From contig NC_043009.1 of assembly GCF_006345805.1 (NCBI RefSeq), forward strand, positions 31,620,001 through 31,684,000: 64,000 nt of DNA, given 5' to 3'. The notes below the pieces were generated by a model. That model saw only the letters and a list, made by a program, of their open reading frames with translations. It had not been told where the DNA came from and ran no database searches. The position numbers were made by a program, and so were the translations under genes. This DNA comes from Octopus sinensis (taxonomy: Eukaryota). Each line of letters begins with the position of its first letter. Within the stretch, counting starts at the first letter, position 1. This document shows positions 55,044 through 64,000 of this stretch, in pieces.

Positions 55044-55656
55044 TTTTGAAATGGTTATCGGTTTTCATAAAAGGTTATCAGAGAATCAATACGACTTCAA
55101 AAGCTTGAAATTTCTAACTCTCTAATTCTCTTCAAATGTAATCCCATGAAAGATTATGAGTAGGGAGCAGGTGTGAAAGGCACCAACCTGCAAAACGAAG
55201 GCTAAGCTGATGGCATAGATCGAGGAAGTGTTTGAAGATCTTCCCAGGGACACAGTGAAGAATGAATGCACAATTTTCCGAGGGTAGCCATCTTCAGGCC
55301 ATGCTGTAAACTGAGAGCTGCAACTTTGAGTAAATTATTTTGTCCCAGCCATAATCATCTATTTGATAATTTTTCGATTTTTGAAAAATACTTTTTATTT
55401 TTGGATTGGTTATCGTGTTTTCTCTACCTTTTATGCAAAGTATTGGATTTAGCCCCTTCTGACATAAATTGCCTGTACATAGATCTCTCACATTCAAACA
55501 TACTCAGCTCCTGGAACAGTCATAGCTACAGGATCAAGTACAATCCAAGCATGACCATCCAATCTTGTTCCTTTAATATTTGGGCGTGTTTAACACAGAA
55601 TATAACTATCATTAACCAATGTGTACCCGCTCCTTTTTCCTTTTCAATAGGATATA

Positions 55657-56630
55657 ATCATCATCATCATCATCGTTTAACGTCGATTTTCCATGCTAGC
55701 ATGGGTTGGACGGTTCGACCGGGGTCTGGCAACCCAGGAGGCTGTACCAGGCTCCAGTCTGATCTGGCAGTATTTCTACAGCTGGATGCCCTTCCTAACA
55801 CCAACCACTCCATGAGTGTAGTGGGTGCTTTTTACGTGCCACCGGCACAGGGACCAGAGGAAGCTGGCAACGGCCACAATCGGTTGGTGCTTTTTACATG
55901 CCACCAGCAGGGAAGCCAGTCAAGGCGGCGCTGGCATCGGTCAAGTTCGGTTGGTGCTTTTTACGTGCCATCGGCATGGGTATCACAACTACAATTCCAT
56001 TTGATTTTTATTTTGATGTTGATGTACTTGCCTCAATAGGTCTCATCAAGCACAGCAGGTTGCCCTACGATCCAACGTAAGCACAGCAGGTCATTCTACG
56101 ATCTAGTTATGTGAAGCAGGTGTAGGATACGCCATGTACTCACTTTATTTGTCTGGTTTTCGCAGTCACAGCATATCTCCAGAGGTCTTGGTCTTTTGAT
56201 ATTGCCTCTGTGAGGCCCAACGTTCGAAGGTCATGCTTGATCACCTCATCCCATCTCTTCCTAGGTCTACCTCTACCTCGGATTCCTTCAACCGTTTGGG
56301 AGTGGCACTTCTTTACATATCTCCCCTTATCCATCCGCAGTACATGACCATACCAGCGCAAACGTCTCTCTTGCACACCACATCCGATGCCTCTTATGTC
56401 CAACATTTCTCTCATGGCGCTTATACTCTGCCATGTGTCCACACTGACATTACACATCCAGCAGATCATGCTAGCTACATTTCTTTCGAGCCTACGCATG
56501 TCCTCCACAGTCATGGCCTATGTTTCACTACCGTGAAGCATGGCAGTTCGCACATATGCATCGTACAATCTAACTTTCACTCTGAGCGAGACACCCTTTG
56601 TCACCAGTAGGGGGTAGAAGCTTTCTAAAC
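55657..56630 (-). mobile_element. RTE-clade LINE 3' end (ORF C-terminus 56140-56514, 3' UTR, (GAT)n tail)
   Basis: RRLRWYGHVLRMD...VEGIRGRGRPRKRWDEVIKHDL...DLWR is characteristic of the RTE ORF C-terminus. Confidence 0.9.
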
Positions 56631-56756
56631 TTTCATTTCTGTTATTTCTTACTGATCAAGCAACAAAAGAGTCTCTCTCTCACTCTAGGGTCAAATAGGT
56701 GGGTGTATATGATGTATGTATTCTGTAGTAGTAGTAGTAGTAGTAGCAGCAGCAGC

Positions 56757-56803
<47 letters not shown>

Positions 56804-57276
56804 CAGCAGCAGCTGCATTAAGAGCAGCAGTAGTGTATTAGTTGCAGCAGCAGCAGTAGTAGTAGTATTAGTAGTAACAGCAGCAGCAGAAGCAGTATTA
56901 GTAGTAGTAGTAGCAGCAGCAGTTGTAGTAGTAGTAGTTACTGTTATTGCTTCACTCAAGGATAACCCTAAACGTGCGAACCTATGATCAAAGACATTCC
57001 GGTTGTGACCATCACATCGTTTGACATGCAAGAAGTCAGGATCACAATATCTCACCACTTTGTACCAGTCTGAGTGACAGAACCTGGTGGTGGTGGGGGG
57101 GGGGAATTGGTAGGGAACAGAGAGAGGGTAAGCAGGGAATGGTTATTAAGAAAATTGTTTTGCATGGCACAGTGTCTGGCCGTATTAGACACATGTAGAA
57201 GCTTACAGGCACGTACAGGCATCAAGACGTTCTTGTAATGTGTATGTCTGCCTGTGTGTATATGTGTGCAAGTGAG

Positions 57277-57592
57277 GGCGCGTGGCTTAGTGGTTAGGGC
57301 ATTCGGCTCATGATCGTAAGGTTGTGAGTTCGATTCCCGGCGACGCGTTGTGTCCTTGAGCAAGACACTTCATTTCACGTTGCTCCAGTCCACTCAGCTG
57401 GCAAAAATGAGTTGTACTTGTATTTCAAAGCGTCAGCCTTGTCACTCTCTGTGTCACGCTGATTATCCCCGAGAACTACGTTAAGGGTACACGTGTCTGT
57501 GGAATGCTCAGCCATTTGCACGTTAATTTCACGAGCAAGCTGTTCCGTTCATCGTATCAGCTGGGACCCTCGTCGTCATAACCGGCGGAGTC
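57277..57592 (+). mobile_element. Full-length young tRNA-derived SINE (Deu/Nin-domain-like centre)
   Basis: A-box tggcttagtgg, B-box gagttcgattcc, tgtgtccttgagcaagacactt..ccactcagctg..aaatgagt. Confidence 0.85.
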
Positions 57593-57884
57593 TTTTTAAT
57601 ATGTGTGCATGTGTATATGTGAGTGCATGTGTGAGATATGTGTGTGTATGTATGTATAGATATGTGTGTGTAATTGTAGTGTTTAGAATGTTGCAATGAC
57701 TGAAAGAGGATCAAAACTTTTGCATAGAAGTTACAAAATGTTTTATATTCTTACACACACACATCAATACACACACACACACACATTTACAATTATATGT
57801 ATGAGGCACTAAAAGAGAATGACACTCCCCAGACACAACAGAATATGCTTCGACACACGAACACACATAAAGGATCTTACAGTC

Positions 57885-58082
57885 AGTGCTATCCGAGGAA
57901 AAGGCAAAGGCCGATACAGCTTGGCATCTGTGATGACGCAACGCATTTCTACAGTCAAGTAAACTGGTGCAACGTGAAATAAAGTGTCTTTCTCAAGAAT
58001 ACAACACACAGCCTGGTCCGGGATTCAAACTCACAATCTCACGATCGTAAGCTCGACGGTCTAACCACTGAGCCATGCGCCT
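57885..58082 (-). mobile_element. tRNA-derived SINE, related subfamily
   Basis: Minus: ggcgcatggctcagtggttaga..gagtttgaatcccgg..aagacactttatttcacgttgc. Confidence 0.8.
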
Positions 58083-58087
58083 TCACT

Positions 58088-58244
<157 letters not shown>

Positions 58245-58263
58245 AATATATATATATATATAT

Positions 58264-58312
<49 letters not shown>

Positions 58313-59282
58313 AGAGAGAGAGAGAGATACATACTCACACACATATTTACTGAAGAAAGAATACGTTGGAAACAGTTTAATAATTAATCAGCAATTTTGT
58401 TTCATTTAATATCAAATTACATCTGTATAAATATATATACATATATCTGTGTACATACAGATATCATGATACCAATAAACACTGTCAGAGAGTCATACAA
58501 AAATACCTGCAAACACACACACACACACATGTGCACACTCACATACACTCATGTACATGCACTCCTGTATATACGCATACACAGACATAAACGCATATAC
58601 AAATATTCATAAATACATATAAATGCCTACAAATAAATACACCATCAATTTTAATATAAATATCCTTTACATCAGATCAAATTTGACACCTTTTATTTTT
58701 GATTGTCACAATGTAAAGAAATTATAGATCGGATATACCTAAAGATCATCTGATGGTATTGATATATTATCAGTTTGATCAGGAGCTGCTGTTGTGGTTG
58801 CTGTTTTCATATATCAATGTCATCAGGTGATAACATTGATATTTTCACTGTCATGTGTATTTATCCTATCTTATATTTATAGCGTATTTGTATGATTATA
58901 CAGAAAATCTTTTATTGTCTTGTATTACTGAGGTTCTGGGCAAAACCCATGAAAGTTCTATAGGTTTTGCTTGTGAAAATAGAGAATTTTAGTTGTAAGT
59001 TACTGTTGTGATTGTGGCAGGCAAGTCAGGTAGAGAACGAGAGAAAAGGATGGAGGAAGTTGTACCAATTGTTAGCTGAGGTGATAGCAGTGAAAGTATG
59101 GGGAAGCACACACACACACATATATATACATACAGTTTTTTCAAATTCCCATTCAAACATGTGTAGTCTCATGTATTCTCAGTCAAAATGGAGGTGAGTG
59201 TACAAACACTTCCATATGACACACTTGGACAGTTGTGAAGATCTCTTAAGTAATCATTGGTTGCTTTGTTAACTCTCAAATA

Positions 59283-59324
<42 letters not shown>

Positions 59325-59348
59325 TATATATATTTATTATATAGAAGG

Positions 59349-59399
59349 AGCTTCTACAGGACTAGTACTGTTTCATTCAAGAGAAATCTTCAGGAAGCT
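59349..59399 (-). ncRNA. Type-I hammerhead with closed stem III
   Basis: AGCTTC-CTGAAGA-TTTC-TCTT-GAAT-GAAA-CAG-TACTAGTC-CT-GTA-GAAGCT. Stem I 6 bp; stem III ACAG/CTGT; weak stem II. Confidence 0.75.
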
Positions 59400-59756
59400 A
59401 TTTAACAAGAATTGTATTAGCATTTATACATTTAGGCAGGTTAAAGGAGTGGTGGTGGGGGACTTTTTTGGGGGTAGGCATAGCGCAAAATATCATACTT
59501 GGGGGAGTGGTCAAGGAGTCAGTGGTAAGTTAGATGAAAGAATAGATAAATAAAAAAATAAAAATAAAATAAAAAATAAAAAATTAAAAAAAAATAAAAT
59601 AAAAAAATAAAAAATAATAAATAAAATAAATAAAAAAATAAAAAAATAAAAAAATAAAAAATAAAAAAATAAAATGTGTGCACATACTTACATAAACACA
59701 TATACATACACACACACATACGTACAATGTGTGCCTATACATACCTACACATACAC

Positions 59757-59825
<69 letters not shown>

Positions 59826-60264
59826 CACAATCAAATACAGGCCCATTCCCTATTTTAATTTTATTATCTTCATTTATTACTTTTGTTATCTTTGATCGCT
59901 AGGGCTAAGGTTCCTGGCGATGGCAGCATGTCCAGTTGTCTGTCTACTAGAAGGCAAGTACTCGTTCCCGCACGCACACTCATTAGCACGTACATACACC
60001 CATTCGTACACTCATACACATACACGTACGCACGCGTTATATTCATACATACAAACATCTACATACGTTCACGTATATACACATACGTACTCGTACCTAC
60101 AGATTCATGTCTACACTATAGGAGGCTAGTCTATATATATACACCAATAAATATACATATATAATATATATATATTATACATATATACACATATACACAT
60201 ACACACACACACACACATATATATACTCCTACATACAGATACATACCCATATATATATACATAT

Positions 60265-60301
<37 letters not shown>

Positions 60302-60576
60302 CATACATATATATACATATATATATATATATACATACATACACACACACACATATATATACACACACATACATACACATATATATACATACACAAACAT
60401 TACCCCGGATCAACCCGGGACCTACATATATATATATATATATATATATACATACATACATACATACATACATACATACATACATACATACATACATACA
60501 TACATACATACATACATACATGCCACAGCCTCAGGTCTGAGACATATAAAATTCAATTTATTTACATTTTGTAAAA

Positions 60577-60682
60577 TTCTCTTTAACCTACAGTTGTTTC
60601 AATAGTTATTAAAAATTAATAAATTAAAAATTAAAAACTTGCATCTTGAAATAGCGAGTTAAATATTTCCTCAGGATGAGAA
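60577..60682 (-). ncRNA. Hammerhead with long stem-II region, antisense and upstream of a PLE body
   Basis: ATC-CTGAGGA-AATA..[~60 nt]..TATT-GAAA-CAACT-GTA-GGT. Confidence 0.6.
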
Positions 60683-61519
60683 TCTGACATAAATCAGAAT
60701 CACATCAAAAACTAACAGATGCTGGTCAGCAGACTCTATATAACAAAAGTGCTTGCATGTGCAGTGTGCATGTTAATATTTTTTTTAAAAACTGTTATAC
60801 ATTTTTGCCTCTTGTTTATATTTATTTGTGCGTGAGTGTGCGTCAAAATAATTTGTGCATGTGCGTGTTAATAATAAAAAAGCGTTGCTTGTGTATCATA
60901 TTTTATTTATATTTCATATGTGCATATGTGTGTTAATATGTTTGATCATGTGATAGAACTGAAAACGACAAACTTACTACAGTAAAACTTACATCAAATG
61001 AGGAAATTTTAAATAATTATTTAGATTATTATAACCTGGCACTTATGAAAGCTGGTTAAAAAACACAATTTTAAATATTGCAAACCGAACAATAAGTACT
61101 GTAATAGGAATAACTTGGATAAATTTGGATAAATACTATAAGAAAAATAAGTTTTAAGAAATATACACGAAACAGCAATAAAATATTATACACTGGAAAT
61201 AGTGAACAAAACTTAAACCAGATGAACTACGGAGCAAGTAAATATTAAATTTAATCATAAAAGCAAAGGACCAAAATCTATCTAAAACAGTAATAATTCT
61301 GAATACAAAAATGAAATAATAAATAAGACAGAAGTCAAGAAAGCAGACGGAACTCAAGTCCTTGATAATAATATTCATAAGACTAAGATAAAATAAAAAG
61401 ACGTACTCCATTTATAAATGTTATTAACCCAGAAATAGATAATTTTAATAAAAATTCTAATAAAGTCAATATTATATGGTTTATTATTATTACGTTTGCT
61501 AAATAAATTAAGATTAGTA

Positions 61520-61706
61520 AAGATTTTTGCCAACATAACATGGCAGTCCTGGTTTAGGACGAATGTTGCTGTAATTTAGCCTCAGGAGACATCGTCTCCA
61601 GATTCCCTCTGTCGTATAGCCAGCTGGAGACGATGTCTCTTGGGGCTAAATTACAGCAACATTTATCCTAAACCAGGACTGCCATGTTATGATGGCAAAA
61701 AATCTA
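61520..61706. mobile_element. Hairpin MITE-like insertion
   Basis: ~80-bp arms 61521-61601 and 61624-61705 (cataacatggcagtcctggtttagga / tcctaaaccaggactgccatgttatg) with a ~22-nt spacer. Confidence 0.8.
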
Positions 61707-62082
61707 CTCTAAAGTATCGTTGCTGAATATCTCTTGTTGCGAGATTTAAAAATACTAATTTCCAAATTAAGAGTAATTTAATTAAATTCTTTTATAGAGT
61801 CGTTTCCAAGTAAGGAAAATAAATATAATGAAATAATTAACACAGATTTAGAGAGATTTGGTTTCTCTATCTCTCTTAATGTTTCTCAGAGTATTTTTTC
61901 ACTGAATAACCAGAATTCGAACTATCTCTAAAACGGTAGAAGTAAATCACATAACAACCTAAATTTTCCAAATTCTAATGAACGTCAAATTAGATCTCAC
62001 AGTAGGGGAAGGAAGGGAACCCAAGTACACTACCAATTTAAACATAGAATTATGAAGAGAAAATTTAACGCTAAGGATAAGA

Positions 62083-62391
62083 TTGAACACTAAAGATAAG
62101 ATTGGTATTGATTACAGATTTATTGAAAAAGATAAAAATACTCATTGTGATTGTAAATTTAAAGAGAAATGTAAGCTTAATAATTTATGTAAACTGAAAG
62201 ATGTATATAGATGCAAGATAGAAAACGATGGGCTAAATTACTATGACATTGGATCCACGTCAAATTTTATTGAATGTAGATTCGCCAACCACGAAAACAC
62301 ATCTAGAAACAAAGATAGATCAAACTCCACTTGTCTTAGTAAATTTATTTGGGAATTAAAGAACAAAAATGGGGATTTATGTTTGATTTGA
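62083..62391 (+). pseudogene. PLE GIY-YIG endonuclease domain, truncated
   Basis: CDCKFKEKCKLNNLC..VYRC..YYDIGSTS..RFANHENT..STCLSKFIWELK matches the PLE EN pattern CxC..C...C..VY..YIGxT..R..NH..TxLSxxIWxLK. Confidence 0.85.
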
Positions 62392-62819
62392 CATATTTGT
62401 AGGTGGTTTGTCCTTGTCGTTTATTTTCACAGAGTATTTCTTCATATGACTTCTGCTGTTTCTGTTTCGCAACCTCACTTCTTGATTTACACTGAGCCCT
62501 CTCCATACCTTTCTGGGCTCAAAGCATCGCTCCTCCACTTGCACTCAAATGGAAAGTCAGCAAATTGCTGTCTAATGCTGGAATCATAAAAATGCACCAA
62601 TTGTGTGCTCTAAAGCCTTTAGCAAATGAGCAGAAAATGCACAAGGTTCTGTATTTAGCTTCTTTAATGTTGGTGCCATGAGAAAAGGCTCCGAGTCAAA
62701 GTGGTTAGCAACAGGAAGAGCATCCAGTTGTTGAACCCTAGCCAAAATGTCCTGAATTAGCACCAAACAATGTGAACAGAACTCTTAATAGCACCATAAT
62801 TTGGACAGTATGGAAAATG

Positions 62820-63172
62820 TATGAAAATGATGATGGTGATGGGGAGGAGGAGGAGGAGGATCATGATGACAGCGTTGATGTTGGTGGTGGTGATGAAGAT
62901 GATGATCATGACCATGATAACAATGATAGTGATAATAATGCTGATGCTGGCACTGCTGCTGCTGATGACGATGATGAAAAAGATGTTGTTGTTGATGATG
63001 ATGATGATAATGATGATGACAAGACGATGATGGTGATGATGATGACTGTGAGGATAATGATGGTGAGGATGATGATATTAGTGATTACATTGATAAGGAT
63101 GACGACAATGACGACGCCAACAATGGCAACGGTGATGACTGTGATGACAGCAATGATGGTGATGATGACGAT
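62820..63172. repeat. Degenerate (GAT)n microsatellite
   Basis: Trinucleotide repeat; accounts for the D-rich and M-rich ORFs. Confidence 0.9.
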
Positions 63173-64000
63173 TCCATATCGCTTTTAAGTCCTGTTTTTA
63201 TCATTCGTATTCTTCTTCTCCAGATGACATATGTCACTTTTACAGAGCTAATGCACCAGTTATAATATATCTCTCGCAGTAAAGCTTTTATATTATGAAA
63301 TATTGTTAAATGTTAAATATTGTTAAATATTGTTCTTTAACCAATAATTTCTTCGTAGTTTTCCTCTTATTGTGATGGACACTGTAAGCAGAAGAATGTA
63401 AGTCTTTGTGATGGAGTTTAATCTTTTGAGAGGCCACCATATGTGACATTCACATAACATGCATTTCCTTACATGATTCCATTAAATTCCCACCACAGCA
63501 TGGCTTCTAAATGCTGGGCTGGCAGGTATTTTGTTTGTTTCTGAATGTATGTAATTGCTCCTGGATGATTATAGATTGTGGAAAAATCTTTCCATTTGCA
63601 GGCCCCCTTTGTATGTATCTTTGCTATGGTTGTCACACACTGTTATTTGTCATAGCAAAACATTACATTCTGCGAAGAATCACAACAAGCAAGATATAAA
63701 ATAATTGTTAGTTGTACCTGTGGATCCAAATACCAGCAACAATAACTACTAGCTTTATTAATATTGCTCCCGGGAATCAGTATTGGATTTGTTTCCCCTC
63801 CTTTCTTCACAGATCACTGAGTCAGTATCCGTGTTGTCATTCAGTATGTTGTTCTCTTTGCAATTTTTTTTTTATTATTGTCATCATCAGCATCATATTC
63901 ATCATCATCATTATTGTTATTAGTTGTTGTAGCAATTGTAAAAATGTCAGCAGGGAGGTAATATTAAGCAATGTTATGTTTTTGTTTCTCTCTTAAATTT

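Larger units (their letters stand above)
53983..55460 (+). mobile_element. Decayed maT/DD37D-like Tc1/mariner, interrupted by a minisatellite and a PLE fragment
   Basis: NNFP*TQMVFGCISSEGD; RVAA*RPYV*QPDSAPWHT; KCNPM; KAKLMA*IEEVFEDLPRDTVKNEC. Confidence 0.75.
60540..62400 (+). mobile_element. Penelope-like element with thumb/linker remnants and GIY-YIG endonuclease; no RT core visible
   Basis: WLKNTILNIANR near 61055, IIWF near 61470, EN ORF at 62083-62391. Confidence 0.7.

Noticed and set aside
55266-56039. 257-aa ORF
   Set aside because: Chance read-through across a transposon end, another repeat and the antisense RTE 3' UTR.
57277-57350. tRNA gene
   Set aside because: A and B boxes are present, but the sequence runs straight into a SINE body found elsewhere in the window and lacks a clean acceptor stem.
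63499-63525. Micro-exon between cag and gtatt
   Set aside because: Splice dinucleotides alone are too common, the pyrimidine tract is weak, and no neighbouring exons were identified.

Overview
AT-rich, microsatellite-saturated eukaryotic DNA with no recognisable host gene. The SINE families and the (TA)n/(CA)n/(AAT)n/(GAT)n load suggest an octopod cephalopod; this is an inference from pattern recognition, not a database result. Most ORFs in the track are microsatellite translations. The real content is decayed mobile DNA: Penelope-like retroelement (PLE) remnants with RT, thumb and GIY-YIG motifs, two maT/DD37D-like Tc1/mariner remnants, an RTE LINE 3' end plus many orphan 3' UTR copies, a Tx1/L1 3' end, MITEs and several tRNA-derived SINE families. 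The main hidden signal is about 20 type-I hammerhead ribozyme (HHR) motifs from about 15 unrelated sequence families, read by eye. Many sit in outward-facing inverted pairs next to (TA)n tracts. They include U3-A8 core variants and variants with 55-85 nt inserted in stem II. The best candidate for a new system is a three-copy family built as tRNA-derived Pol III head + (AAT)n + hammerhead tail, with a PLE-type inverted 3' end, i.e. a putative Penelope-mobilised ribozyme SINE. All folds and alignments were done manually and element boundaries are approximate.
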